This document shows, in pieces, positions 1 through 9,633 of a DNA stretch of 45,467 bases. This DNA comes from Haliangiales bacterium (GTDB taxonomy: Bacteria; Verrucomicrobiota; Verrucomicrobiia; Limisphaerales; AV2), in contig DASPXS010000185.1 in NCBI GenBank assembly GCA_035637175.1, positions 1 through 45,467 on the forward strand. The letters are read 5' to 3'. A program made the position numbers and the translations under genes. Position 1 is the first letter of the stretch. Every line of letters begins with the position of its first letter. The notes beneath the pieces are model-generated. The model did no database searches. It was given only the letters and a program-made list of their open reading frames with translations, and was not told the DNA's origin.

Positions 1-92
1 AGGTGAAAGCGGCAGGGGTCTGCCGCACTCCAAGACGCCGTTGCGCCTGCGGAACCGGCTGTTCCGCGCCTGGACCAGGTATGAGCGACGCG

Positions 93-3000
93 CTAAACAG
101 GTGCTTTGGGCGTCGCAATCCTTGATGCTTCTTCGCTGTCGCCGTGGAGCGCGGGCGCGGAGTTGCACGGACCCCGGTTGTTCGCCATGAAGTAAAGCAC
201 CGGCACGGCCATGCGGCTGATGAACAAGGAAGCGACTTCGCCGGCCATGAGCGAAATGGCAAGACCCTGGAAAATCGGGTCGAACAAGATCACGGCGGCG
301 CCCACCACCACCGCCATCGCGGTAAGCAGCATTGGACGGAACCGCACGGCCCCTGCGTCCACGACGGCCTGGGCCAATGGCAGCCCGTCAGCCAGACGTT
401 GCTCGATGAAGTCCACGAGGATAATAGAATTGCGAACGACGATGCCGGCGCCCGCCATGAAGCCGATCATCGAGGTGGCGGTGAAGAAGGCGTGCAGTGC
501 GCCGTGTGCGGGCAGAATGCCGACGAGCGAGAACGGAATTGCTGCCATCACCACCAGCGGCGTGATGAACGAACGGAACCAGCCGACCATCAGAATGTAA
601 ATCAGCACCAGCACGGCGGCGAAAGCCAGACCGAGATCGCGGAAGACCTCGAGGGTAATGTGCCATTCACCGTCCCATTTCATCGCGGGTTGATCGTCGG
701 TAAACGGCAATTTGGCGTTGTAGATTCTCAGCGCGGCGCCGCTGCCGGCAAACTCACGCGTATCAAGCTGCCTCAAGGCCTTGTTCATTTTGAGGATGGC
801 GTACACCGGGCTTTCGATCACGCCCGCCACGTCGCCGATGACATACGTCACTGGCATCAGGTTCTTGTGGTAAATGGCCTTGTCGGTGAGGGTGCGCTGA
901 ACGGTCACCAGTTCGCGCAGCGGAACCAGCGGCGCAGTGCCTGCCGCGCCCGGCTCCGGCAGCGCGTTGGCATCGCCGGAGCGCACGCGCAAGGCAAGCA
1001 GGTCTTCCGGTGATGAGCGGCTCGCCAGGGGCAGGCGCAGCACGATGTTCACGTCTTCCTTCTCACGAGGGTCATGCAGCAGCGCGATGTTTTCGCCGCC
1101 CACGGCGATCCGCAGCGTCTGCGAAATCGTCTCGGCGCTGATGCCGTGGAGCGCGGCCTTTTCCTTGTCGATCACGAACTCTGCCTTCGGCTGGTCGGCT
1201 TCGACATACCAGTCCACGTCCACCACACCGGGAGTTTGCCTGAAGATGTCCCGGACTTTCTGCGCGAGAGCGAGTCGCGATTCCTCAGTCGGCCCGTAAA
1301 TCTCCGCCACGAGCGTTTGCAATACGGGCGGGCCGGGCGGCACTTCGGCCACGGCGACGCGCGCGCCATACTTCGCCGATATCTCAGCGACACGCGGGCG
1401 GACGCGTCTGGCGATATCGTGACTCTGCGCTTTCCGATTGCGCTTGCCGACGAGGTTGATTTGCAGGTCGGCCACGTTTGCGCCGCGCCGCATGAAGTAA
1501 TGGCGCACGAGCCCGTTGAAGTTGAACGGCGCCGCGGTGCCGACGTATATCTGATAGTCGGTCACTTCAGGTTCGCTGCGCACGGCCGCGGCGATTTCAC
1601 GCGCGGCCTGGGCCGTGCGTTCCAGCGAACTTCCTTCCGGCATGTTGAGAATGATTTGGAATTCACTCTTGTTATCGAACGGCAACATCTTGACCTGCAC
1701 CCAGCCGACTCCCGCCAATGCCATCGCCAGGAGCAGCATTCCCGTGATGACCCCGAGGAAAACAAAGCGCCAGCGAGCGCGGGTAATGAGCGGCCCCATA
1801 ATGCGGCGGTAGAGGCGCGTAAAGAAGTCTTCGCTCCGAGGCTCTGGAGTGTTGCAGTGTTGGGGTGTTGAAGCGCTGTTTCCGTCCGATCCATCGCTCC
1901 GATACTCCATCGCTCCATCACCGCGTTTGAGCAGGCGCACCGCCGCCCACGGCGTCACAATGAACGCGATGGCGAGCGAGAATAACATCGCCGCGCCGGA
2001 ACCAATCGGAATCGGACGCATGTACGGCCCCATCAATCCCCCAACGAACGCCATGGGCAATACCGCTGCGATGACCGCGAACGTGGCGAGGATAGTCGGG
2101 TTGCCGACTTCGCCAACGGCTTCGACGGCGATGGCCGACCCACTCCGGCCTTTGTTGTGTGCCAGGCGGAAATGCCGAACGATGTTTTCGACAACCACGA
2201 TGGCGTCGTCCACGAGGATGCCGATACTGAAGATGAGCGCGAAGAGGGTGATGCGATTCAATGTGAAGCCGTAAAGGAAGAACACCAGCAACGTGAGCGC
2301 AAGCGTGGACGGAATGGCCACGGCCACAATCCCGGATTCGCGCCAGCCGAGGGTCAACAGAATCAGAATGGAAACGCCCACCACCGCGATGCCCATGTGG
2401 AAGAGCAATTCGTTGGATTTCTCAGAGGCGGTTTCGCCGTAGTGCCGGGTGACCGTCACCAGCACATCGGCGGGAATCAGCGAAGCGCGCAGTGTTTCGA
2501 CTTTCCGCATCACTTCCTTCGCAACGGAGATCGCGTTGGCGCCGGGCCGCTTGGCGATTGTCAGGGTGACGGCGGGCTGTTCCTCCTGGGGCAGGGGCCT
2601 TCCCGCCTGCCGGAAAGCCGGGCTTCCCAGCCCGGCGGCGCGACCGGCGGCAGAGATGCCGCCCTCAGCGGCAGGTTGGAAGCCTGCCCCACGGCCGAAG
2701 AAGACATATTGCGCCGGCTCCTCCGCGCCATCGACAATTTCCGCCACCTCACGCAGGTAAACCGGCCGGCTTCCAAACACGCCCACGACCACGTTACCCA
2801 CGTCGGCGGCCTGGGTGAGAAACGCGCCGGTTTCGACAACGACCTCCTTGTTCTCGCTGGTCAGGCCGCCGGCGGCGAACTGGCTGTTGGCTTGTTGCAA
2901 CATCGGCACGAGGCCGGCGGGACTGAGGTTGCGCGACGCCAACCGCACCGGGTCGAGCAGCACGCGCACCTGGCGGCGCGCGCCCCCGATGATGGTCGAT

Positions 3001-3545
3001 TCCGCGACGAGCGGCACCTGCTTCACCGCGTCGTCCACCTGCGTGACGAGGCGGCGCAGCGTCAGGTGGTCATAGCGTTCGCTGTGGAACGTGAGCGCCA
3101 GGATCGGCACGTCGTCAATCGACTTGGGCTTGATGAGCGGAAATGAAACTCCCTGGGGGATGCGGTCAAAATTCGAGCGCAGCTTTTCGGTCAACTTGAC
3201 GAGACTGCGCTCGACATCTTCCCCCACTTTGAAGCGCACAATGACGAGGCTCTCACCGGGACGCGAAGTCGAGTAAATGTATTCCACGCCCGAAATCTCC
3301 CAGAGCAGCTTTTCCATCGGTCGCGTGGCGCGCTCTTCAACTTCCCTCGCGCTGAATCCTGGCATGGACACGAGCACGTCCACCATCGGCACCTTGATTT
3401 GCGGCTCCTCCTCGCGCGGGAGCATCAGCACCGCCGCCAGCCCCAGCAGCACCGAAGTAACGATGACCAGCGGCGTGAGCTTGGAGTCAATAAACGTCCG
3501 CGCGATGCGTCCGGCGATGCCGAGTGAGGGAGCGTTTGAGTGCAC
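93..3545 (-). CDS. RND-family efflux transporter permease (AcrB/CzcA-like inner-membrane subunit)
   Basis: Track ORF 93..3635 (1180 aa). RND hallmarks are present: N-terminal TM ([26 protein letters not shown]), two large periplasmic loops, and duplicated motifs [17 protein letters not shown] and [18 protein letters not shown] place the start at the in-frame GTG at 3545, which has AGGAAA 6-11 nt upstream, rather than the TTG at 3635. The start is uncertain. Confidence 0.9.
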   Translation of the reverse strand: MHSNAPSLGIAGRIARTFIDSKLTPLVIVTSVLLGLAAVLMLPREEEPQIKVPMVDVLVSMPGFSAREVEERATRPMEKLLWEISGVEYIYSTSRPGESLVIVRFKVGEDVERSLVKLTEKLRSNFDRIPQGVSFPLIKPKSIDDVPILALTFHSERYDHLTLRRLVTQVDDAVKQVPLVAESTIIGGARRQVRVLLDPVRLASRNLSPAGLVPMLQQANSQFAAGGLTSENKEVVVETGAFLTQAADVGNVVVGVFGSRPVYLREVAEIVDGAEEPAQYVFFGRGAGFQPAAEGGISAAGRAAGLGSPAFRQAGRPLPQEEQPAVTLTIAKRPGANAISVAKEVMRKVETLRASLIPADVLVTVTRHYGETASEKSNELLFHMGIAVVGVSILILLTLGWRESGIVAVAIPSTLALTLLVFFLYGFTLNRITLFALIFSIGILVDDAIVVVENIVRHFRLAHNKGRSGSAIAVEAVGEVGNPTILATFAVIAAVLPMAFVGGLMGPYMRPIPIGSGAAMLFSLAIAFIVTPWAAVRLLKRGDGAMEYRSDGSDGNSASTPQHCNTPEPRSEDFFTRLYRRIMGPLITRARWRFVFLGVITGMLLLAMALAGVGWVQVKMLPFDNKSEFQIILNMPEGSSLERTAQAAREIAAAVRSEPEVTDYQIYVGTAAPFNFNGLVRHYFMRRGANVADLQINLVGKRNRKAQSHDIARRVRPRVAEISAKYGARVAVAEVPPGPPVLQTLVAEIYGPTEESRLALAQKVRDIFRQTPGVVDVDWYVEADQPKAEFVIDKEKAALHGISAETISQTLRIAVGGENIALLHDPREKEDVNIVLRLPLASRSSPEDLLALRVRSGDANALPEPGAAGTAPLVPLRELVTVQRTLTDKAIYHKNLMPVTYVIGDVAGVIESPVYAILKMNKALRQLDTREFAGSGAALRIYNAKLPFTDDQPAMKWDGEWHITLEVFRDLGLAFAAVLVLIYILMVGWFRSFITPLVVMAAIPFSLVGILPAHGALHAFFTATSMIGFMAGAGIVVRNSIILVDFIEQRLADGLPLAQAVVDAGAVRFRPMLLTAMAVVVGAAVILFDPIFQGLAISLMAGEVASLFISRMAVPVLYFMANNRGPCNSAPALHGDSEEASRIATPKAPV

Positions 3546-3695
3546 GGATTGTTTCCTAAGACAGAAGCTCCAGGCTCCAGGCTCCAGAGAAATACAAAGT
3601 TCCAAGCCCCAAACCACGAAGCCCAAGCCGGGCAACAGGTTTTGCCGGTTCGTGTTGGGAGATTCTTTGGAGTTTGGTGCCTGGGATTTGGAGCT
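3546..3695. repeat. Structured intergenic spacer: 3 x GCTCCAG tandem heptamers plus a long imperfect inverted repeat
   Basis: GCTCCAG occurs three times in tandem at 3567-3587. The outer arms 3566-3582 and 3679-3695 are complementary in the blocks AGCTCCA and CCAGGC. An inner block CACGAA (3615-3620) pairs with TTCGTG (3649-3654). A central imperfect hairpin is CCGGGCAA (3628-3635) / TTGCCGG (3642-3648). Confidence 0.5.
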
Positions 3696-4733
3696 TCATT
3701 TCGCCTCGAGCGGCTGGCCATCCCGCAACCGGCCCGCGCCTTCGACGACGACTTGTTCGCCGGCGCTGACGCCCGACACCAGCTCGATGGCGTCCCCGAT
3801 GCGTTTGCCGGTCTTTACAAGCCGCAACTGCGCCTGCCCGTCCACAACGACGAAGACCAGTTCCATCTGCCCGCGCTGAACCACCGCCGAAGCGGGCACG
3901 TGCAACGCCCTGGTCTCGCCCACTGGAATGGTGACGCGGGCAAACTGCCCGGCACGCAGCCCGGCGTTTGTGGGCAAGTCGAGCTTCAGGTTGAACGTGC
4001 GGCTGACGGGGTCGGACACAGGCGCGATTTCACTGACTGTGCCGGTGATGTTGCCGTCTTCTGAAGCGGCGCGGACACTCAGCGTTGCGCCGAGTTGCAC
4101 GCGGTTGATGAGCGCTTCGGGCACATCGGCATCGAGGCGGAGCGCCTCGGGGTTGTCGAGTTCCAGCAAGGGACGGCCCGGCGTGGCGAGGTCGCCCACA
4201 TCGGCGAGCTTGCGCGTCACGACTCCATCGAAGGGCGCGATTATTTTCGTGTAGCCGAGCATCGTCTCCGTTTCGGTTACGGAGGCGGCAGCGACACGGT
4301 AGCGGGATTCAATCGTCTCGAACTCCTGGCGCGAAACGGCATTTTGAGCGAGCAGGCCGCGCAGTCGCTCGGTGTCGCGCCCATATTGTTCGCGCAAGGC
4401 GAGCGCCTGGTCGAGCCGCGCCTGAATTTCGCGGGCGTCGAGTTGCACGAGCAACTCACCGGCCTTCACGGTCTGGCCGGGTGCGACGAGCATCTTCTCC
4501 AGACGTCCGCTCACCTTGGCTTCGAGGGCGGCGTGAAGTTTGGCTCGCACCGTGCCGACCACATCCTCGGTGGCCACATGGCGCAGGGCTTCGACGGTTT
4601 GCACGCGGACCTGTGCCACCGGCACAACGTCGTGGCCCGCCACCTCGGGTTTCTCGTGACAACCCGTCTGCCAGAGCGCGACTTGCGCCAACAATAAGCC
4701 GGTTCCTGTGATGGTTCTGGCAATGCGCCTCAC
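3696..4733 (-). CDS. Efflux RND periplasmic adaptor subunit (membrane fusion protein, HlyD/AcrA family)
   Basis: 345 aa with a GTG start. Lipoprotein-like N-terminus (GLLLAQVALWQTGC), a coiled-coil hairpin segment (REIQARLDQALALREQYGRDTERLRGL) and C-terminal barrel regions typical of MFPs. It lies immediately upstream of the RND gene. Confidence 0.88.
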   Translation of the reverse strand: MRRIARTITGTGLLLAQVALWQTGCHEKPEVAGHDVVPVAQVRVQTVEALRHVATEDVVGTVRAKLHAALEAKVSGRLEKMLVAPGQTVKAGELLVQLDAREIQARLDQALALREQYGRDTERLRGLLAQNAVSRQEFETIESRYRVAAASVTETETMLGYTKIIAPFDGVVTRKLADVGDLATPGRPLLELDNPEALRLDADVPEALINRVQLGATLSVRAASEDGNITGTVSEIAPVSDPVSRTFNLKLDLPTNAGLRAGQFARVTIPVGETRALHVPASAVVQRGQMELVFVVVDGQAQLRLVKTGKRIGDAIELVSGVSAGEQVVVEGAGRLRDGQPLEAK

Positions 4734-4734
4734 G

Positions 4735-4965
4735 TCAGGACCCGGGGGCCTTGGGTGTGCGCTCCGTGGAGCAACACACCCCGCCGACGCCGAGCCTTTT
4801 CAGAATGATCTCCGCGGGGCAAAACCCGGTAAAGGCCGACTGAATGAGGTTCAGTCCAACAAATGTGGCCAACAGCAGCCACCATTGGGTGACCCAATGC
4901 GCCAGCGCCAGGCTGGTGAGCACGAGCGTCCCGGCGAGAACTCGAATCGCGTTTTCCAGTGTCAT
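4735..4965 (-). CDS. DUF2892 (YgaP-like) small two-TM membrane protein
   Basis: Only the last 76 codons of track ORF 4735..5835 look real: MTLENAIRVLAGTLVLTSLALAHWVTQWWLLLATFVGLNLIQSAFTGFCPAEIILKRLG, with the characteristic GLNL-QSAFTGFCP motif. ATG at 4965. The stop at 4735 sits 1 nt from the adaptor start at 4733. Confidence 0.75.
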   Translation of the reverse strand: MTLENAIRVLAGTLVLTSLALAHWVTQWWLLLATFVGLNLIQSAFTGFCPAEIILKRLGVGGVCCSTERTPKAPGS

Positions 4966-5180
4966 AGTTTTGTGGTTGGATTTGCTATCACGGCGATTCT
5001 CACTTTTCTTCGGACCTTGACGCGCCACTACACATTGCTTGCGAAAAACCAATCGTTTCTTGACCCGGAATAAATGCCTCGAGTGGCCCTCGCCCCGACG
5101 GTGCCCGCTTCTTGCCGGAAGGCGAGCGCTGTCTTCGCGCACCGTCGCCCGGGCGACGAACGTTACGACATCGGATCGGT

Positions 5181-6014
5181 TTACTGCTCCAGCCGCTTGA
5201 CGAATTCCTTCGCCAGTGCGCTGAAGGCTTCGGCGCCGGTGGCCGAGGCGTCGTAAAGGTTGATCGGCTGCGCGGCCATGGGCGCCTCGCCGAGCGTGAT
5301 GTTCTCCGGAATGACGCTGTCGAAGAAGTAAATCCGCTTGAATGCCCGGTCGGATTTGAGCCGTTCCATGGTCTCCTGATGAAAGTTGATGTGGCGACGC
5401 ACCCGACTGAAGACGATGCCGAGACAGCGCAATTTGAACTCGAGGCTTTTCCGCAGATAGGCCAGCCGGTCTTGAAGCAGACTGAGGCCGATGGACGAGA
5501 GGAAGTCCGGTTGCATCGGCACCAGGTACCAGTCGCTTGCAAACACGGCGTTCTGTGTGCCGATCATCAGGTTCGGCGGACAATCGCAAAGGACGATGTC
5601 GTAGTCCGGCAACACCTTTTCCAGTTTCCGGGAAAAAATGCGCTCCCGGCCGGGGCGCGCGGCCAGATCGAGATCGAGGAAGGTGAGCTTGAGATGGCTG
5701 GGAACCAGGTGCAGGCCGGGCAGGGAGGGGTTCACGTCCCTCAGGATGCAGTCCCGGAGTTTCACCGTCCCGGCGCCCTTGCGTTTGTGCTCGATCTCCA
5801 GCACGTCGGCCATTGTGCCGTTGTCCTTCTCCCAATCCTGCCAGCGGTGCTCGGAGATCAGACTCAACGTGGCGTTGGTCTGCGGGTCGAAATCGACGAG
5901 CAACACGCGCTTCTGATGTTCCCGGGCGAGGTAGGAAGCGAGATTCACCGTGCAGGTGGTCTTACCGACGCCGCCTTTCATCTGGATAAGAGAAATGACC
6001 TGAGCCTTGGGCAT
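5181..6014 (-). CDS. ParA/MinD-family P-loop ATPase (orphan, no ParB nearby)
   Basis: 277 aa. Deviant Walker A MKGGVGKTTCTVNLASYLA, then VLLVDFDPQTNAT, and Walker B-like YDIVLCDCPP. Confidence 0.9.
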   Translation of the reverse strand: MPKAQVISLIQMKGGVGKTTCTVNLASYLAREHQKRVLLVDFDPQTNATLSLISEHRWQDWEKDNGTMADVLEIEHKRKGAGTVKLRDCILRDVNPSLPGLHLVPSHLKLTFLDLDLAARPGRERIFSRKLEKVLPDYDIVLCDCPPNLMIGTQNAVFASDWYLVPMQPDFLSSIGLSLLQDRLAYLRKSLEFKLRCLGIVFSRVRRHINFHQETMERLKSDRAFKRIYFFDSVIPENITLGEAPMAAQPINLYDASATGAEAFSALAKEFVKRLEQ

Positions 6015-6105
6015 AAACGGTTAGTTTGAATTTGAACTACAGGGAATACTGCATCCGCCGCGCAAAGCAATAAAACAAATCGCGGACCGATGCGAACGGC
6101 GGCTC

Positions 6106-6123
6106 GAGGATTCGGAGGATTCG
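6106..6123. repeat. Tandem direct repeat 2 x GAGGATTCG in the parA / response-regulator divergent intergenic region
   Basis: GAGGATTCG at 6106-6114 and again at 6115-6123. A second small tandem TTTGAA TTTGAA lies at 6025-6036. Confidence 0.6.
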
Positions 6124-6142
6124 TTTCAGCCGGACTTCGTCG

Positions 6143-6170
6143 TTGACATATAATAAGAAAATTTTATTCT
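6143..6170 (+). promoter_or_regulatory. Candidate sigma-70-type promoter (TTGACA-N16-TATTCT)
   Basis: TTGACA at 6143-6148, a 16-nt AT-rich spacer, then TATTCT at 6165-6170. It lies upstream of the receiver gene. Sequence match only. Confidence 0.35.
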
Positions 6171-6321
6171 GCACGCTGACGTTGGAGCGCCAGGCCGTTT
6201 TCGTCAAACCCCTACGACGCGCTTTATGAGTGCCTTCCTTCCCAGCAGCGATGGCCAGCCCGGGTCACGCAAGGTTCAGGCCCGGTTGACGGCGGGCTGC
6301 GAAGTCGCGGCACAAGCGGCG

Positions 6322-6690
6322 ATGGACCGGGTCCTTTTGGTTGACGACAAATCGGAAATGAGGGATCTGCTGACTCAGTTGTTTCAGCGGTGGTCCTACG
6401 CGACCGTCGCTGCGGCCACCGTGGCGGAGGCCCAACAGGCCATTTTAACCCAAGGCCCTTTCCAGGTAGTGGTCTGCGATTTCGAGCTGCCGGATGGCAA
6501 CGGGTTGCAATTCTGGTCGTGGTTGAGATGGGACCGAAGAGATCATGCGCGGTTTCTGTTGTTGTCCGGCAGCGCGAGTTTCGTCCGCCATCATTCTGCG
6601 GACTTCGCGTTCCTGGCCAAACCATTCCGGCCGGAAGAACTCCAGAAGTGTGTGGTGGAACTTATGGGAACCGACCCGGACAAGGGTTAG
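6322..6690 (+). CDS. Single-domain response regulator (CheY-like receiver)
   Basis: MDRVLLVDDKSEMRDLL...VVVCDFELPDGNG...LLLSG...LAKPF gives the acidic pocket, phospho-acceptor Asp, conserved Ser and Lys. The track ORF starts at 6226. I prefer ATG 6322 because the receiver fold begins there. The start is uncertain. Confidence 0.8.
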   Translation: MDRVLLVDDKSEMRDLLTQLFQRWSYATVAAATVAEAQQAILTQGPFQVVVCDFELPDGNGLQFWSWLRWDRRDHARFLLLSGSASFVRHHSADFAFLAKPFRPEELQKCVVELMGTDPDKG

Positions 6691-6827
6691 CTGATCCGGC
6701 GGGGAACTTTCCAAGTTTTCATCGCCGAATCTGTCGCACACCCTTCAAAAACCAGGCGGACCATCCATACCGCAGGTCACGATTCGTTTCAGTGTGCTGC
6801 CGCCTGCCTGCCGCCCGGCTCGTCAGA

Positions 6828-7796
6828 TCATTCCTCAGGTATGTCGCCGGTCTTGTTTTCTCGCGGTGATTCCGCGCCGTTTTTGCGCGAAGTGACGTCG
6901 CGTGCGATGAGCTGCACCGACGGCCGGTCCTGAAAGGTCAGCGGCGCGGCGGCTATTTCCACCTCCACCACCCGTCCGTCCAGTCCCACCAGTTTTCCAC
7001 GGATGAACGGAACCACGGCGACCCCTCCATCGAGCCGTTGCATCCGGCCCTGGGCTGACTTCCAGAAGAAAGTGGTGCCCTCCTCGCGCAACTGGCGCAG
7101 GCGTCGCTGCATCATTTCCCGATGATCCGAATGAACGATATGCTTCAATGGTTTGCCGATGAGTTGTCGGGCGCTGTCCGCACCGAGCATGCGGCAAGCC
7201 GCTGAGTTGGCGAACGCGATACAGTTTTCGCTCTGGACAAAAAGCGCATCGGGACACAGCTCCACCAATTGCCGGTAGCGTTCCTCGCTTTTTTGCAATG
7301 CCTGCTCTGCCGATTTGCGGCGCGCCCGTTCCTCCACCACGCGCAAGGCGCGTTCCACGGCGGGGACCAGGTTCGACATCTGGTTTTTCAGGACGTAATC
7401 GGTGGCGCCGCTTCTGAACATTTGCGCCGCCAATTCCTCCCCTTTCCACGTGGTGAGGAAGATGAACGGCACCTCCGGACAGGTGTTTCGGGCAATGGCC
7501 AGCGCCGCGAAACCATCGAACGACGGAACACCGTGGTCGGACAGAATCAGGTCCGGCGGGCTCTCCTGAAGTTCGCGAATGAAATCCGCTCGCGTCTCGA
7601 CTCGTTTGGAGCGGAAGGTGAGTCCGCTTTTGCGCAGTTCATGATTGATCATCACCACGTCAGCGGCCACGTCTTCCAGGACCAGAATGCGTAATTCTTG
7701 GTTCACGACCGGCAGAATTGATTTGATTGCACAACCTATCAACTGTTCTGCCCGATCAAAAGTGGGGTAAATACCCCATTTTCTCGCCCGGATCAT
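6828..7796 (-). CDS. Response regulator receiver domain fused to a PAS domain (no recognisable output domain)
   Basis: REC: LRILVLEDVAADV...LILSDHGVPSFDG...FIFLTT...DYVLKN. Next a coiled linker, then a PAS-like segment (SEERYRQLVELCPDALFVQSENCIAFANSAACRMLG...). The start could instead be the internal GTG at about 7706. Confidence 0.8.
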   Translation of the reverse strand: MIRARKWGIYPTFDRAEQLIGCAIKSILPVVNQELRILVLEDVAADVVMINHELRKSGLTFRSKRVETRADFIRELQESPPDLILSDHGVPSFDGFAALAIARNTCPEVPFIFLTTWKGEELAAQMFRSGATDYVLKNQMSNLVPAVERALRVVEERARRKSAEQALQKSEERYRQLVELCPDALFVQSENCIAFANSAACRMLGADSARQLIGKPLKHIVHSDHREMMQRRLRQLREEGTTFFWKSAQGRMQRLDGGVAVVPFIRGKLVGLDGRVVEVEIAAAPLTFQDRPSVQLIARDVTSRKNGAESPRENKTGDIPEE

Positions 7797-7999
7797 GGTA
7801 GCAACAGAAAACCCGGGGTCGGCCTCCGTTGCTCCTGCGTTTCGGGCTACACGAGTAAAGGTCAGGGATGACCGAGGCTGCGTGGTCAGCAGGGGAAGAG
7901 CGGAAATGGCCGACCGAACCGGCGGAACAAACCCGGGGGAGCGAGTGCGCCGTTTTCAGGTGATGGCCTCGATGCGCCGGCGCAAATCAGGTTGGGCGA

Positions 8000-8800
8000 C
8001 TAAATCTTCTTTAGCAAATCGGTCAGTCGCTTCCAGGCCTCCGCGCGCGCCTTCTTGTTCGCCTCGTTGGCGTCGGGCGCTTCTCCGGCGCGCATGAAAC
8101 CGTGTCCGGCACCCTCGTAGATCGCCGGTTCGTATCGCTTCCCGGCTTTCTTCATCAACTCGGTGGATTTCGGGATGGTGGCGTTGACGCGTTCGTCATA
8201 GCCGCCGTAGAAACCATAGACCGGACAGTTGATGCGGGCGATGTCCTCTTCGGCGTCGGGCCCGGTACCGTAAAACGCAAACGCGGCACGGATGTTCTTA
8301 TTGTTGGTGGCGAATCGAAACGTTTGCCCGCCGCCCCAGCAGAAACCTGCGACCGCCACCTTCCCATCGCAGGCCGGCAGCTTCGCGACGTAGTCCGCCA
8401 CAGCGTTCAGGTCGGCGGTGACCTGGTCGCGCGGCAGCGAGGAGACGGCTTTTGTGGCCCCATCGCGCCCCGAGAAGGCGCTCGTTCCCCCGCCGTCGGC
8501 TCCCATGCCGGACAGCAAATCCGGCGCGATGGCGATGTAGCCGGCCTCGGCCAGTTGATCGGCCATTCCACGGACCCAGTCGGAGAGCCCGAAGATTTCG
8601 TGGATCACGATCACGGCCGTGGCCTTGTCCTTCACTTCCGGGTACGCGATGAAGCAACTGACCTCGCGGTTTCCGTGTTTGACTTTGGCCCATTCCAGGT
8701 GGCGCGGGGATTTCTCGAGTCGGGCCTTGGCCCAGTCCTGGGCGGAGAGCGTGGCCATTACGAACAGGGCAGCGACGACAGGGATGATCCGTTTTTTCAT
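8000..8800 (-). CDS. Dienelactone hydrolase family protein (secreted)
   Basis: MKKRIIPVVAALFVMATLSAQ signal peptide. DLH-like core VIVIHEIFGLSDWVRGMADQLAEAGYIAIAPDL, nucleophile region VAGFCWGG, and C-terminal YEGAGHGF. I chose ATG 8800 inside track ORF 8000..8845. Confidence 0.85.
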   Translation of the reverse strand: MKKRIIPVVAALFVMATLSAQDWAKARLEKSPRHLEWAKVKHGNREVSCFIAYPEVKDKATAVIVIHEIFGLSDWVRGMADQLAEAGYIAIAPDLLSGMGADGGGTSAFSGRDGATKAVSSLPRDQVTADLNAVADYVAKLPACDGKVAVAGFCWGGGQTFRFATNNKNIRAAFAFYGTGPDAEEDIARINCPVYGFYGGYDERVNATIPKSTELMKKAGKRYEPAIYEGAGHGFMRAGEAPDANEANKKARAEAWKRLTDLLKKI

Positions 8801-8897
8801 GGGATTTGTATCGTTGGTGTTGGCAGTTCGTCCGGGGAAATGCAATTCGTTCAGGGATTCGGCGCCCGAATTTTTTCCGGTCTATTGTTTGAAAACG

Positions 8898-9557
8898 TCA
8901 CGCTTCCGGCGTTAAACCGGGCACGATGTCAAATCGGGCGGCGAGTTCGCCGAGGCGCGAGGTTTTGATGGGCGCGAAATCGATGGTCACCGCGGCGCGG
9001 GCCTTCGGGTCCTTGATTCCCGCATAGATCCCGTCGCGCTCGTTCTGTGGCTCGCCTTTGACATAACATTGCGTCGTCCACTTGTCGCGACCCTTCAGTT
9101 TGATCGCGAAGTGAATGTGGCGGGTGCGTCCGGGATAGAGCACCGGCTTGATGGTGCGGAAATAGTATTCGCCCGTGGAACCGGTCAGGAACCGGCCGAA
9201 TCCCTGGAAGTTTTTGTCGCGCGCCGCGTGAGTGTCACGGCTGTGCAAATAAACGCCGTTGTTGTCCACCTGCCAGATCTCGACAAGCGCGTTTCGAATG
9301 GGCTGACCTTTGGGGTCCAGAATGCGCCCGCTGAGGTGGGTGATTTCACCGACCGCAGGCGTGAGCGTGTCATTGACGATGAGGAGGTCATTGTCCGTGT
9401 CCAACGGCAGGTGATCAGGGTAGAAAGGCCCCTCGGTTTGTTGGGGCGTGCGGATGAGTTCTTCGGCAAAAGCGCCGGGCACGGTGAAGAGCGCCGCGCC
9501 AACACTCAGGCGGCGAAGGAATCGGCGGCGGGTCAGGTCCGGGTGGATGAGGTTCAT
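8898..9557 (-). CDS. Intradiol ring-cleavage dioxygenase family protein with a TAT signal
   Basis: Twin-arginine leader LTRRRFLRRLSVGAALFTVPGAFA. Dioxygenase core TEGPFYP...GRILDPKGQPIRNALVEIWQVDNNGVYLH...GRTRHIHF. Confidence 0.85.
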   Translation of the reverse strand: MNLIHPDLTRRRFLRRLSVGAALFTVPGAFAEELIRTPQQTEGPFYPDHLPLDTDNDLLIVNDTLTPAVGEITHLSGRILDPKGQPIRNALVEIWQVDNNGVYLHSRDTHAARDKNFQGFGRFLTGSTGEYYFRTIKPVLYPGRTRHIHFAIKLKGRDKWTTQCYVKGEPQNERDGIYAGIKDPKARAAVTIDFAPIKTSRLGELAARFDIVPGLTPEA

Positions 9558-9633
9558 GTCGTTCCTGGGTTAGGGTTGGGCGGACGCGGTTTTCTTCCTG
9601 ATGGACGAATCAGCCGCCCCGCTTTGCGTGCGT

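Noticed and set aside
1-92. Possible start of an outer-membrane factor (TolC-like) gene downstream of the RND gene on the minus strand.
   Set aside because: Only 92 nt are available and no convincing start codon is visible, so it cannot be assessed.
3546-3635. TTG start at 3635 for the RND permease, adding 30 N-terminal residues ([30 protein letters not shown]).
   Set aside because: The extension is not part of the RND fold. The GTG at 3545 has an AGGAAA RBS-like element and gives a normal N-terminus. This is not proven, and the region is reported as a structured spacer instead.
5144-5157. 14-bp palindrome GTCGCCCGGGCGAC just downstream of the parA stop, considered as a terminator. A similar imperfect stem GCCTCC..GGAGGC lies at about 13776-13810, after the PQQ gene.
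   Set aside because: The stems are short, there is no U-tract, and GC-rich palindromes are common in this DNA. The evidence is insufficient to annotate either one.
4966-5835. The upstream 290 codons of the 366-aa track ORF 4735..5835 (-).
   Set aside because: The translation is Arg/Pro/Gly-rich nonsense that overlaps the well-supported parA gene in another frame. Only the terminal 76 codons (DUF2892) look genuine.
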